Shown here in pieces: positions 28,087 to 38,234 of a DNA stretch of 64,000 nt. Under the pieces are notes generated by a model that did not search any database, was not told where the DNA came from, and worked only from the letters and a program-made list of their open reading frames with translations. Origin of the DNA: a virus (lineage: Duplodnaviria > Caudoviricetes); the IMG/VR virus record IMGVR_UViG_3300032132_000748, one strand, 5' to 3'. The first letter of the stretch is position 1; the number at the start of each line of letters is the position of its first letter. The position numbers were made by a program, and so were the translations under genes.

Positions 28087-28935
28087 CTATGTTGCAGCAT
28101 CAAGGACTTTCTGTGGCGGGCGTTTAACTTTCCAAATTATTCCCAATTTTTCCAAAACGCATAATACATAGTAACTAATATCAATTTGATACCAACGGAA
28201 ACCTTGTCTGGCGGAAGCCGAGAAATAATGATGGTTAGAGTGCCAGGCTTCTCCGAGGGTAGGGATGGCCAACCAAAAATTGTTGCGGCTTTCGTCTCCC
28301 GTTGGATATGCTTTTTTACCCCATATATGTAGTAGTGAGTTAACGCAGAAGGTCATATGCCAACCTACCGTAGTGGCTATGAAGCATCCCCAAACAAGAT
28401 ATTGAAAGCCCAATAAAGAGAGAACTAAAACACACCAAAGAGCAAAGACAACTACCCAATAGCTATTTAACCACCTCAGTTCCGGATATTTGGCAAAATC
28501 TTTTATCCGATCCCATCGCGTCTCCACAAACTTATCAGACATTATCCATCCCATGTGCGCCCAAAAGAAACCTCCCTGAACAGGAGAATGAATATCTTCT
28601 GGCTTATCACTAAATCGATGATGGTCCCTGTGGTTAGCCGCCCAGTGTAGTACCCCTTTTTGCAAAGAAATAGTTCCAAGCAGGGCTAATATAAATTGAA
28701 AAACCCTACTCGTTGAGTAGGATCTGTGAGCAAAATAGCGATGATACCCGGCGGTTATTCCGAACATCGTTGCAAAATACATAATAGCTGCGAATATCGC
28801 GGCTCCCGCAGATACACCAGACCATAAAGCTAGCAGCCCCGTAAAGTGAAAAAGTATGAAGAGACCGTTACGGGCGAACTCTCGGGTGGAGTGGAGGGTT
28901 GGTAAAAAATTCATAATCAGCCAAAATATAGACAT
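28087..28935 (-). CDS. delta-9-type acyl-CoA/acyl-lipid desaturase
   Basis: His boxes HRYFAH, HRDHH, HSNHH; D.HSP..GF.WAH.GW. Confidence 0.95.
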   Translation of the reverse strand: MSIFWLIMNFLPTLHSTREFARNGLFILFHFTGLLALWSGVSAGAAIFAAIMYFATMFGITAGYHRYFAHRSYSTSRVFQFILALLGTISLQKGVLHWAANHRDHHRFSDKPEDIHSPVQGGFFWAHMGWIMSDKFVETRWDRIKDFAKYPELRWLNSYWVVVFALWCVLVLSLLGFQYLVWGCFIATTVGWHMTFCVNSLLHIWGKKAYPTGDESRNNFWLAIPTLGEAWHSNHHYFSASARQGFRWYQIDISYYVLCVLEKLGIIWKVKRPPQKVLDAAT

Positions 28936-29156
28936 ATGGCTGATACTACAATAGGAATCGAAAAAGGCGCTAACATCAGTGCGGCCCAGCCTAATTCCTT
29001 AGAAACTACCTTTGTGGTCTCTAAGGTTCGTTTAAGAAATCGAAGAATACGTTGATCATATACCCAACTAAAGAGTGCAAGTCCTCCGAAAAACCAAATG
29101 ATTGCTAATGTTAAGAAAATACTTGATAAATTTTCTACAATCATAGGTGCCCTCAA
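28917..29156 (-). CDS. small membrane protein
   Basis: Two hydrophobic helices. Confidence 0.5.
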   Translation of the reverse strand: MRAPMIVENLSSIFLTLAIIWFFGGLALFSWVYDQRILRFLKRTLETTKVVSKELGWAALMLAPFSIPIVVSAICLYFG

Positions 29157-29173
29157 AACCAGTTTAGCAAAAT

Positions 29174-30247
29174 TTACTCGAATAACAAAGGTTGCCGGGG
29201 CGGAGGATCGACTAAACCATCTTGAAGACTAGATACTCCGAGCCCCAGCAGTCTGGCTGAGCGTTTGCCATATTCTGTGAGATGTAGGAGTTCTTTAGCT
29301 GTGAGCAGTATAGTCCGATAGTCACTGATAGGAGTTATGAGAGTTTTTCTGCGGGTTATTAGCTGAAAATCATCATATTTTAACTTTAATGTAATTGTTC
29401 TGCCGCAGATATTTTTATTGTTTAGTCGTATTTCCAACTGCTTGGCTAACTCTTCTAGCACAGGCCAAGCTTCCTCGTGAGTAGAAATATTATGAAAAAG
29501 AGTATCTTCTATACTACAACTCTTTCTTACCCTGTTTAAAGTCAGTGGGCGATTATCAATTCCTAGGGCACATAACCTATAATGAGGACCACTGCTTCCA
29601 AACCATTGCTCTAGAATAGAATCATCATACTTAAGAAAATCTCTTACATATTTAATACCACAATTCCAACAAGCGCTTTGTGTTACAGGACCGATGCCAG
29701 GTATTTTCCTTATAGGGAGATCCTTAAGAAAATCTCTAACTTTTTCTGGGGAAACTACGGTTAACCCGTTGGGTTTGTCAAAGTCACTAGCTATTTTAGC
29801 GACAAGCTTATTTGGGGCTACTCCTGCTGAGATGGTTAACCCAGTTTCCTTGAAAACATGATATCTAATATCTTGAGCTAGCCATGACGCACTAGGAATT
29901 CCCTTCTTGTTGTAGGTAACGTTAAGATATGCTTCATCCATACCTGCAGGTTCGATTGTATTAGTATACTGATAAAATATATCGTATATAGCGTCACTAG
30001 CTGCGTGATACTTATCAAAATTCGGTGATACGAAATATCCTTTGGGGCATAGTTTTCTGGCCTTAAAACCAGGCATTCCAGATTTTACTCCGAACTTTCT
30101 TGCTTCATAACTTGCTGTCGATACTACTCCGCGCCCACCAGCTAGGTTACAGATGATTACGGGTTTACCCCGTAGATTTTTATTATCTCGTTGTTCAACA
30201 GATGCATAAAAAGCATCGATGTCAAAATGAATTATTTTTCGAGACAT
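29174..30247 (-). CDS. dinB: Y-family DNA polymerase IV
   Basis: HFDIDAFYASVE, SYEAR.FGV.SGM, MDEAYL, NKLVAKIASD..KPNG. Confidence 0.96.
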   Translation of the reverse strand: MSRKIIHFDIDAFYASVEQRDNKNLRGKPVIICNLAGGRGVVSTASYEARKFGVKSGMPGFKARKLCPKGYFVSPNFDKYHAASDAIYDIFYQYTNTIEPAGMDEAYLNVTYNKKGIPSASWLAQDIRYHVFKETGLTISAGVAPNKLVAKIASDFDKPNGLTVVSPEKVRDFLKDLPIRKIPGIGPVTQSACWNCGIKYVRDFLKYDDSILEQWFGSSGPHYRLCALGIDNRPLTLNRVRKSCSIEDTLFHNISTHEEAWPVLEELAKQLEIRLNNKNICGRTITLKLKYDDFQLITRRKTLITPISDYRTILLTAKELLHLTEYGKRSARLLGLGVSSLQDGLVDPPPRQPLLFE

Positions 30248-30280
30248 ACTAAATAAATAGTAGCAAAGAAGTTTTAATTA

Positions 30281-31096
30281 TTAACGTTTAGAGCGTTTTT
30301 TCTTTCTTCTGGTAGCCAAGTATAGCGATATCATAGGTTTGGTAACCCAAAGAACGGCACCTAAGGCAATAATAATAATTCCCGCAGTAACCCACTTTCC
30401 TTGTCCTTGTATGAAACACATAGCCTTGTTGTCGCCGCTAGTTATACAATCGAGAAACCCACCACCAAGATCCTGTCTTAGAGCTTCAAGATTATCGAGA
30501 GCATCGGCTACGTCAGCTCCTTCTCTCCCTGCTGCAACAACAACTTCACCGGTTTGGCCCAATAACTCTCTTTGTTTCGCTAGGAGTGATTCTCTGTCGG
30601 CAGGAGTAAATGCTCCATTTCTAATAACAGCTTGAATTGCAGCCCATTCGCTTTGTATTGGTTCCGTGCTAGTTCCTACGAGAGCGCCTCTAACACTTAA
30701 ACCGCCACCTATTTGACCGCCAAGCTCTCTGATTTGAGCCTCAAGGCGGCCTTGGCGACTACGAATAGGTCTTGCAGCAGCAGCACTTTGTGCCGGAGTT
30801 ACTTGGAGTTTTTCTTTGACAGTCTCTAATAACCTAAACCAGTGAGGGAAGTCTACCGCATCCATACCATCTGCGGCTTGGGCAACCATAAACGCGACAT
30901 TACCAAGAGTCTCACCGGCGTTTTTGTGTCCTTCGTCAAGCAATGCCTGGGCGACCCCGCTAACGCCTAAAGCCTGCTGATCTCCTGCAGCATTAGCAAA
31001 AGATTTTAAGATATTATTTTGATTTGCACCGGTTCCGGTTGCGCGGGCGTGAACCAATATGCCAATCAAAGATTGTACTTGTGCTATTCCTGCCAT
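30281..31096 (-). CDS. hypothetical protein with C-terminal TM helix and basic tail
   Basis: WVTAGIIIIALGAVLWV...RRKKKRSKR. Confidence 0.75.
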   Translation of the reverse strand: MAGIAQVQSLIGILVHARATGTGANQNNILKSFANAAGDQQALGVSGVAQALLDEGHKNAGETLGNVAFMVAQAADGMDAVDFPHWFRLLETVKEKLQVTPAQSAAAARPIRSRQGRLEAQIRELGGQIGGGLSVRGALVGTSTEPIQSEWAAIQAVIRNGAFTPADRESLLAKQRELLGQTGEVVVAAGREGADVADALDNLEALRQDLGGGFLDCITSGDNKAMCFIQGQGKWVTAGIIIIALGAVLWVTKPMISLYLATRRKKKRSKR

Positions 31097-31145
31097 AAAT
31101 TCATTTTACCAAAACTGGCCATAAGTAATTGGTATAATTTATATA

Positions 31146-31418
31146 GTGAAATTAGATATAACATTTGGATACTACAGAAGCGGAACTTTTGCTGTAAAAT
31201 TTCATGCTGCTGTAGGGGTGCATAACTACCACTTTCCCAGTAGGGAACAAGCTCAAAATGCTATTAATAAGGTTTTAAGGAATGATGAGCATAAGACGGA
31301 TGACGATATTCATCAACATCTTTTGACTCTATCAGGCAACGATTATTACTCGTCGATGTTTGATTCCGAGTTAAACTCTAAAGGAACCCAATCTTCGTCT
31401 TCAATCTCTGAATCGTAA
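31146..31418 (+). CDS. hypothetical protein
   Basis: GTG 7 nt after TGGTATAAT. Confidence 0.5.
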   Translation: MKLDITFGYYRSGTFAVKFHAAVGVHNYHFPSREQAQNAINKVLRNDEHKTDDDIHQHLLTLSGNDYYSSMFDSELNSKGTQSSSSISES

Positions 31419-31699
31419 GGTATATTATCAATATTAAGGCTAGATTCCGGCCAAAACTCAGGCCCTGCCAGGAACATACTCGCCATATCTAACTTTTGGT
31501 CTTGTTTCTGATTTTCTATATCACACAAAATATTTTCAGCTTTTTGCTTTAATTCCTTATCCTTCTGTAATCGCTCCTCTTCCTCGTTTTTCAACCGTTC
31601 AGAATTTTTTCGCTCTCTGAGTTCAATAATGCTAGGGGTATATCTTCTAGCTGCTGGTTTGCTTACAAAGCTGGATCTGGAGTTGGATTGGGTAAACAT
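31346..31699 (-). CDS. hypothetical protein
   Basis: AAGGA RBS; coiled coil and acidic tail. Confidence 0.6.
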   Translation of the reverse strand: MFTQSNSRSSFVSKPAARRYTPSIIELRERKNSERLKNEEEERLQKDKELKQKAENILCDIENQKQDQKLDMASMFLAGPEFWPESSLNIDNIPYDSEIEDEDWVPLEFNSESNIDE

Positions 31700-31709
31700 G
31701 GGTCTTTCC

Positions 31710-32027
31710 TTAGTACGTAAGAAAACCCGACGTATAGCCGGGTTTGCAGTTTCTTGTTAGTTTTTGATTATTTGTTTTGACACTAAAAATCCCGGACAAA
31801 GCCGGGAGGAATAATGGTTGGGTATATGATGCTGGTACATGAATAAGCCCGGCCATATTGCCGGGCTTATATTGCTCATCAAAAAAGCGTCTGACACTAT
31901 TATCAGACGCTTTGGTTGGTTGGGCTTGAGGGGCGCTATGGGCTCCTAGAGCGCGGCCACAATCTGCCCAGCAACGCCATTCGCGTTCTGTTGTATTAGT
32001 TAACTGTGTATGGCTCTTCTTCGTCAT
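31710..32027 (-). CDS. hypothetical protein
   Basis: ORF downstream of TTGACA and palindrome 32080-32104. Confidence 0.4.
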   Translation of the reverse strand: MTKKSHTQLTNTTEREWRCWADCGRALGAHSAPQAQPTKASDNSVRRFFDEQYKPGNMAGLIHVPASYTQPLFLPALSGIFSVKTNNQKLTRNCKPGYTSGFLTY

Positions 32028-32146
32028 GCAATATATTGACTGGGAGCCCGCCTCCTCCTGTCAAGGAAACTCAATTTCGTAAATCCTTATAAATCAAGGA
32101 GTTAGGAGTTTGAGCGCTCCAGCCTATATTACAATAATACCAAATA

Positions 32147-32770
32147 TTAGGTAGCAAGTAAAACGCTTCGGCCCAAAACGGCAACATTTTTAAAGGAATC
32201 CTCTATAACTTCCTTCAGGCTAAAAGATTCGTCGATTTCTGCTTGAGCAAAACTTAAATATAGGTAGGCCATAGGCAGTTGGTCAAAAACAATTTGAGAT
32301 AAAAGTGCGTCCCAAGATATCAGAATTGACTCACCGCACCATTTGCACTTTGTTTGTGATGGCTTTTTGACTTTCGTAAATCTTAAGAAAATGTGGTAAA
32401 GGGCATCTATAAAGTAGTGAAGTCCTGTTCCCAAATATTTCCAGGTAAAATTATCGCTTTTATAGTCATCAACATGATAAGCGGCTAGTATTTTGTGCCA
32501 GGAATCAAACTTTTTGGCCCACGTTTTAAATGAAAGAAATGAGGGAGCCTCTACGTCCGGTAATGACTTAAGAAATTTAAGGGCTCTCCTTACGTCTCCC
32601 CGTAATTTTTTAACTCTGGTTTTGGATAACCTTACACAAAAAACATCATAGTTAGTGCGTTTATCACTTATTTGATAGTCATCAAAAAAGTATGAAGCAT
32701 ATGAGGAGAGCATATCCACGCTCACCCCATAGGACGCATCGAGAGGTAGAGGTGCGAGTCTAGTTTCCAT
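32147..32770 (-). CDS. hypothetical protein
   Basis: ATG 6 nt after TGGTATAAT. Confidence 0.65.
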   Translation of the reverse strand: METRLAPLPLDASYGVSVDMLSSYASYFFDDYQISDKRTNYDVFCVRLSKTRVKKLRGDVRRALKFLKSLPDVEAPSFLSFKTWAKKFDSWHKILAAYHVDDYKSDNFTWKYLGTGLHYFIDALYHIFLRFTKVKKPSQTKCKWCGESILISWDALLSQIVFDQLPMAYLYLSFAQAEIDESFSLKEVIEDSFKNVAVLGRSVLLAT

Positions 32771-32828
32771 CGGCAAATTATACCACACAGAACTTGTCTG
32801 TCTAGGCTTGCTAGTATAAAATAGAAGC

Positions 32829-33512
32829 ATGGTCAGCAAGAAACTTTATCACGAGTATAAGAATGCGGGTAAGTGTGTCATGTGTGGTAACGAACGAGGC
32901 GAAAGCACTTCCAGTGTTCGGTGTCAAATATGCCACGATAAATTCAATGAAAGCCGCCTAAAACGTCTCAACAAGAGACAAGAAGAGTCTTTATGCTTCC
33001 AATGTGGAAAAAATCAAAGTGTAGGGAATAGTAACTATTGTGTAGATTGTAGACAAAAAAATGCTGAACAAAAGAAAAATCTGTCTGGTAAAAAATTAGC
33101 TAATTACAAAGCCAACAATAACATTTGTAGATTATGCAATGGCCCTGTTGACGCATTCAGAGTAATATGTAGTGGTTGCCTTAAAAAGGCTACTTTTACT
33201 AAGTTCGATGCTATTAAACGCTATGGTAACAAATGCATATCCTGTGATAGCGAAGCCCTAGAATCTCTTTGCTTAGTGTCGTCCGATATTAGCCAACCCC
33301 TTAAAAATACTGGAAAATCTCTATACAAAATCATATGCTACAGCACAAAACCTCCCGGAATCTATAGAGTTTTGTGCTCTAAGTGCTACTGGAATGAAAA
33401 TCTTGGTTATATAAAAAATGCCTGCGATTTCTTTGAAATGCCTAAGCATTACTCAGAAAACGAAGATGAAGAAGATGACGACATAATTGATGTTGACTAC
33501 CATCCTGAATAG
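32829..33512 (+). CDS. multi-CxxC zinc-finger protein
   Basis: Eight CxxC pairs, acidic tail. Confidence 0.75.
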   Translation: MVSKKLYHEYKNAGKCVMCGNERGESTSSVRCQICHDKFNESRLKRLNKRQEESLCFQCGKNQSVGNSNYCVDCRQKNAEQKKNLSGKKLANYKANNNICRLCNGPVDAFRVICSGCLKKATFTKFDAIKRYGNKCISCDSEALESLCLVSSDISQPLKNTGKSLYKIICYSTKPPGIYRVLCSKCYWNENLGYIKNACDFFEMPKHYSENEDEEDDDIIDVDYHPE

Positions 33513-33529
33513 TTTGATATACTTATACT

Positions 33530-34234
33530 ATGGCTGATGCTGAAAAACCCTTATGGTTTCGACAATTACTCGGACTTAAACCCTATATCGATGAAGGAGA
33601 CTGGGCCTCACTTCAAGCGAAAGCTCCTGCGGTAATTAAGTCCTTGCACGCAGAAGCTCCTACGGTTAAAAAACCTATGGAAGTTATATTCATGGACATT
33701 CTACAGAATAAAGGTCCTAGCACGAGTGAACAAGTTAAAGCTCAGTATGTTAAGGCGTTAACTCGGGCCACCGTAGAGCTTAATACATCAACCTTTGATC
33801 GAATTGTAAAGGAAGAAGCTTTATCTGAACAACTTGATAGGATTTATAGTAACATCCATAAATCTTGGAGAAAAGTTTGGAATTATTGGAGGGGAGACGC
33901 AGCAGCAGATTATCTGAAATGGGCTGCTATTAAAGTTGAGATCGAAGACACACCCCTAACTCGTGTTGGAAGACTTCGGTTATTGGCCCGACACGCAGCT
34001 ATCGGGGACCGAATCTTGCCCTCCTTCATGGAGATGATAGTGCAACTTTGGCCTATTGCGGCACTTTGGTTACTCAAGAAGGGTGGCACGATGCTTGTAA
34101 CCCAAACCGTATCTAAATCCTTAGAAGCGAGAAAAACCAAAAAGAAATTACAGGATTTGAGTTCTAAGCTAAAAAGTAGTAAATTAAGTGTTAAGGGAGC
34201 TTCACTACTAAGAAAAAAATCAGATGGAAGCTAA
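33530..34234 (+). CDS. hypothetical protein
   Basis: 234-aa ORF, -10 box 6 nt before ATG. Confidence 0.7.
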   Translation: MADAEKPLWFRQLLGLKPYIDEGDWASLQAKAPAVIKSLHAEAPTVKKPMEVIFMDILQNKGPSTSEQVKAQYVKALTRATVELNTSTFDRIVKEEALSEQLDRIYSNIHKSWRKVWNYWRGDAAADYLKWAAIKVEIEDTPLTRVGRLRLLARHAAIGDRILPSFMEMIVQLWPIAALWLLKKGGTMLVTQTVSKSLEARKTKKKLQDLSSKLKSSKLSVKGASLLRKKSDGS

Positions 34235-34865
34235 ATCATACTCAAATCTAAATAATCTCTTTAATCCTTCACCAGGTTTTGCGACAACAATTTTTGTTTC
34301 CTGGGAAGAGCTATCGCACGTTTTCGAAATTGATGAACGATGGGATTTAGTTAAAGAGGGGGATACAACCCCCATCGACGTAATTAATATGGCGTTCCAA
34401 GAGGCCCAAGTCTGGGCTGACAAGTATAAAGAGTCTGCAGGTAGTAATCCGAGTGATGAAGATCTTACGGAGACGGAAAATGATATAGCAAAGGCTATTA
34501 TGGACCACTGGTCTCATCGAGCAGTTTTATCCGCAAATATTGATTTTCAGTCTATGGTAGATGGTATTAATTTGTGGTGTAAAGCCGGACCAAAAAATAA
34601 AAACCTTTTCATTAACCCCCCTACACCTCAAACAGGTTTAAATTTTATTCTCAATGATTTAGGGGTAAGTTTTACTATTTATCCATCTTTTATAGTTCCC
34701 TATACTGAACTTTATTATAATAACTACGAAAATCTACCCGAATGGAACTTAGAAGATTTAGATGGGACGGACATAGCAGAGACTCTCTTTCTGTATTGCT
34801 ATTCTATAAACAAACCTATTACTCTTGAATTGACGCAATGGGACGCCAATAGAGAAAAACTTTAG
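34224..34865 (+). CDS. hypothetical protein
   Basis: 213-aa acidic ORF overlapping upstream gene. Confidence 0.7.
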   Translation: MEAKSYSNLNNLFNPSPGFATTIFVSWEELSHVFEIDERWDLVKEGDTTPIDVINMAFQEAQVWADKYKESAGSNPSDEDLTETENDIAKAIMDHWSHRAVLSANIDFQSMVDGINLWCKAGPKNKNLFINPPTPQTGLNFILNDLGVSFTIYPSFIVPYTELYYNNYENLPEWNLEDLDGTDIAETLFLYCYSINKPITLELTQWDANREKL

Positions 34866-35032
34866 AATTTAATATGGATATCCCAGAGCTTGATAAGTGG
34901 AATAAAGAAAGGGATCCAATAGAATATATTGCTAAGAGACTTAAAGCTGTCAGAGAAACACTAATCTATGACGATTGGGCCTTAAATAAGCTTATTATTG
35001 ACTCTTATCCAGAATAACGTAAGCTCATTACT

Positions 35033-35569
35033 ATGGCGACTCCGAACTGGACTGATAAAACTTGCAACGAAACTATATGGCTTACCCCTAAAGGGGTTCT
35101 AGACTCTGTCAGGGGGTATTTCAAAGAGGATATACCTCTTGATCCTGCTACACAGCCCTCCAACCCCACAAAGGCAAAGCTCTTTTTTACAGAAAAAGAC
35201 AATGGGCTTCAGCAGTCTTGGGACGTTGGGGTATTTGTTAATCCTCCCTATGGTAAGGGTATAAAAGATTGGTGTAAAAAAATCCACGAAGAGGCTAAGA
35301 GAAAGCCTAAACGTCCCATACTGGCTTTGTTGCCTTGCGGCAGCGGTAGACCAGGTACGATTTATTGGCAAGATCATATCTTACAGGATCACCTTGATAT
35401 GATTTGCTACGTTAGGGGTCGTCTAAAATTTCTTCGCGCTGATGGTACCGTAGCCGGTAACAATACATACCCATCCCACATTCTTGGATTTAACGTCAAA
35501 AACCCCAAACACTTCATTAAATCATTTACTGGTCTCGGGAAAATAATGCAACTCAAAATTGTTAACTAG
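35033..35569 (+). CDS. phage Dam-family DNA N6-adenine methyltransferase
   Basis: WLTP, LDPA, FVNPPYG, RGRLKF. Confidence 0.88.
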   Translation: MATPNWTDKTCNETIWLTPKGVLDSVRGYFKEDIPLDPATQPSNPTKAKLFFTEKDNGLQQSWDVGVFVNPPYGKGIKDWCKKIHEEAKRKPKRPILALLPCGSGRPGTIYWQDHILQDHLDMICYVRGRLKFLRADGTVAGNNTYPSHILGFNVKNPKHFIKSFTGLGKIMQLKIVN

Positions 35570-35623
35570 TCCTTGAATCTACGGGTTTTTGAAGTATGAT
35601 AATTGAAATAGAGAGAGATCTAA

Positions 35624-35905
35624 ATGACCAAACCAAATGTACGTATTATCGTCGGCAAAGACGATTCGATAGAAAAAACAATTAGAAAATTCAAAAAGCT
35701 CTGCGAAAAGCAAGGTATCCGAAAAGAATGCAGATCCCGACGCTATTTCGAAAAGCCTAGCGAAGTTCGTCGTAAGAACGAAAGAAAAGCTGCTCGTAAT
35801 CGTCGGAAAAATGCTATGGAAGGTAATGATAATAAAAAATTCAAACGAGCGAACCAGAGAAATTGGATATTTACGCACCCCAAACTAACTATTCCTAACT
35901 CATAA
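35624..35905 (+). CDS. rpsU: 30S ribosomal protein bS21
   Basis: SIEKTIRKFKKLCEKQGI.KE.R.RRYFEKPSE.RR. Confidence 0.92.
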   Translation: MTKPNVRIIVGKDDSIEKTIRKFKKLCEKQGIRKECRSRRYFEKPSEVRRKNERKAARNRRKNAMEGNDNKKFKRANQRNWIFTHPKLTIPNS

Positions 35906-36138
35906 TGTATATACCCACTAAACTTCTTACCGAACGATATTATGTTGCTGTGCGTAAGACTAAAGCTTTTGCTAGTTGGGGTACGTTAGAAGAATCGATC
36001 GAATGTATTGAAAGATTCAAGGAGCTATCTCCTTACGAATTCAATACTATTAAAGGGGTGATTCGCGTTACTCCTGCGGGTCGAGAATGGGTTGAATCAG
36101 AAGATATTACACGGGTATTATCTCCTATCTCAAGTTGA
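35905..36138 (+). CDS. hypothetical protein
   Basis: TAATG coupling to rpsU. Confidence 0.55.
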   Translation: MYIPTKLLTERYYVAVRKTKAFASWGTLEESIECIERFKELSPYEFNTIKGVIRVTPAGREWVESEDITRVLSPISS

Positions 36139-36150
36139 TATACTTTCATT

Positions 36151-36900
36151 ATGGATAAAAATAAAGCCGTAGAAAAAATTAAAAAGCTTCTTGAGCTAGC
36201 TGATACTAAAAGAAATACAAATTTAGAAGAAGCGGCGGTTGCTGCGGCCAAAGCCCAGTCTTTGATGGAAAAATATCGTATAGAGAAAGCTCTCTTAGAT
36301 AAAGATTCGTCTTCTAAAGTTAATTGGAAAAAGCTAGCCGACAAAGGCCGACCAGAAAACTGGAAAAACTTCCTAGCAGGTAGTCTCGCTAGACATAACG
36401 GATGCTTTGTTGTTAGAAGTCAAAATTATGAATCGGATGGGCAAATACAAATCGTGGGTGAATCTCAAGATATTGATATGCTTCAGAATATCTATTCTTA
36501 TATTGTGTTTGAATTAAATAAACTCTGTATTAAAGAGTTACTTGTCTATAAAACTAAATTTGGTTTCTATCCTGGAAAGAATTACTCCAAAAGTTTTTAT
36601 TTAGGCGGCATTTCTGTAATAGATGAAAGATTACAGCAAGCCAAAGAGGCTGCGAGAGCAGAGGAACTTAAGAAAGCAGATAGCGTAAAAGATAAAATTA
36701 ATATCGAAAATGCACTTTCTATCATAGACAATAAATCAGATAAAGCTAAGGAATGGGTTCAATCAAACTTTAATGTAGAAATTAAAGGTGTTACTCCCAG
36801 CAACCCAGACCCCAACGGGTATGTTGCAGGAAAACAAGCTGCTGAGAATCTCAATCTTAGCTCAGCACCACAACTAAAGGATGAAAATGGAAGAAAGTAA
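36151..36900 (+). CDS. DUF2786-like domain protein
   Basis: EKIKKLLELA....N.EEA..AAAKAQ.LMEKY N-terminus. Confidence 0.8.
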   Translation: MDKNKAVEKIKKLLELADTKRNTNLEEAAVAAAKAQSLMEKYRIEKALLDKDSSSKVNWKKLADKGRPENWKNFLAGSLARHNGCFVVRSQNYESDGQIQIVGESQDIDMLQNIYSYIVFELNKLCIKELLVYKTKFGFYPGKNYSKSFYLGGISVIDERLQQAKEAARAEELKKADSVKDKINIENALSIIDNKSDKAKEWVQSNFNVEIKGVTPSNPDPNGYVAGKQAAENLNLSSAPQLKDENGRK

Positions 36901-37120
36901 AACAGCGTGGCCTAGCTACTATATACAAAAATTTATTACTGATAATGTAGGCGGCTTAGAGGCAGTTACCAGCATAAAAGCTATTAGCGAGAGTGAAGTA
37001 CGTCTCTCCATATCAGACGAAAAAATTCGCGGGGGAGTTCTCGATCTACTAGGAGAATCAATTCGCGGAGTTAAAATTACTTATATCCTCGATAAGAACA
37101 CCCCAATTACAGAAAAGTAG
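36881..37120 (+). CDS. hypothetical protein
   Basis: Short ORF ending at terminator. Confidence 0.55.
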   Translation: MKMEESKTAWPSYYIQKFITDNVGGLEAVTSIKAISESEVRLSISDEKIRGGVLDLLGESIRGVKITYILDKNTPITEK

Positions 37121-37147
37121 CGCCCTAATTTCTTAGGACGCTACTTT
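37114..37147. terminator. bidirectional intrinsic terminator
   Basis: AAAGTAGCG...CGCTACTTT hairpin between convergent genes. Confidence 0.7.
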
Positions 37148-37169
37148 AACTGCTCAAGCGGGGAATATT

Positions 37170-38177
37170 TTACTTGCGGCGTCTGGCCTTGCGTGACTTG
37201 CGTGATCTACGCTTCATCATTTTCTTCTTACGCATCATCTTCTTACGAGATTTGCGGGCCTTGCGGGCTTTACGCGCCTTGCGTGACCGACGACGAGAAG
37301 CGACTGCGACAGCTTCGATCTTTGCTCTTTGCTTAGCAAGCTCTGCTCTACGGGCGACAGCTTTGTCTTTGCATTTCTGCTCTGTAGCATTAATCTTAGC
37401 TAACTCTTTCTCTAACTTAGCTAGCTTGTTAGTTTTACGAGTTGCCCGAGCCTTAGCATTTCTTGCTGCTTGCTTGACTCTCTTTGCCTCTGCATTTATC
37501 TTACGAGTAACTGCGGCTTTCTGAGCGCGAGCTTGTGCAGCGGCCTTTTTCTCAGCGGCTTTGGTAGCTAGTCCACGATTTCTGTTATAGATTTTAAGAG
37601 CTTCATCAACTCCGGCAACCAATATGGCCTCTTGTAGGCGAGGAATTCTCTGTTTGCTTCTGTATTGAGAAGCAACATTGAACTGCTTAGCCAATAATGT
37701 TGTAGGGTCGTCTGCGACGTGATGGCGGAATACTCGCGCCAAGTATTTTTTGGCTTGAGCTTTAGACCATCTCTTGAAGTTACCCTTACGGGAGTGATCT
37801 TTAGCTTTTGACTTCATTGAAGGTTTCGACGGACGAGCACCAGGAGACATTTGCTTCCAACCTTCGATTTTTTTCTTCTTGGCGTCCTTGAATGCTTGGT
37901 TCTGAACTTTCCACTCGTCAAGCTTAGCTTCGTAAGCTTCTAGGCGGCGGTTGTAATCGTTCCAGACGTTATTAGCTTCGCGCCAACGTACTCGTTCGAT
38001 TTCCTGCTCTTTCTTATTTTCAAGAACAATATCGCCTGCAGCAACAATGCCTGCCTTTTCTTTACGGGCCAGGTAAGCTTTAGCGACACCAGGGGTTGGT
38101 CGGACAGCGTTGCCGCCGCCTTTGCGCTTCATCTTTCTGCTTTTGCTTTTTTTAGCTTTTTTCTTCTTCTTTGCCAT
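37170..38177 (-). CDS. very basic Lys/Arg/Ala-rich nucleic-acid-binding protein
   Basis: GGGGAG RBS; K/R-rich termini (SRKARKARKARKSRKKMMRKKK). Confidence 0.8.
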   Translation of the reverse strand: MAKKKKKAKKSKSRKMKRKGGGNAVRPTPGVAKAYLARKEKAGIVAAGDIVLENKKEQEIERVRWREANNVWNDYNRRLEAYEAKLDEWKVQNQAFKDAKKKKIEGWKQMSPGARPSKPSMKSKAKDHSRKGNFKRWSKAQAKKYLARVFRHHVADDPTTLLAKQFNVASQYRSKQRIPRLQEAILVAGVDEALKIYNRNRGLATKAAEKKAAAQARAQKAAVTRKINAEAKRVKQAARNAKARATRKTNKLAKLEKELAKINATEQKCKDKAVARRAELAKQRAKIEAVAVASRRRSRKARKARKARKSRKKMMRKKKMMKRRSRKSRKARRRK

Positions 38178-38234
38178 GTTTATTTCTCCCCTAAGAGTTT
38201 AATTAATTATACATCATTTAATCGATGTTTTTAG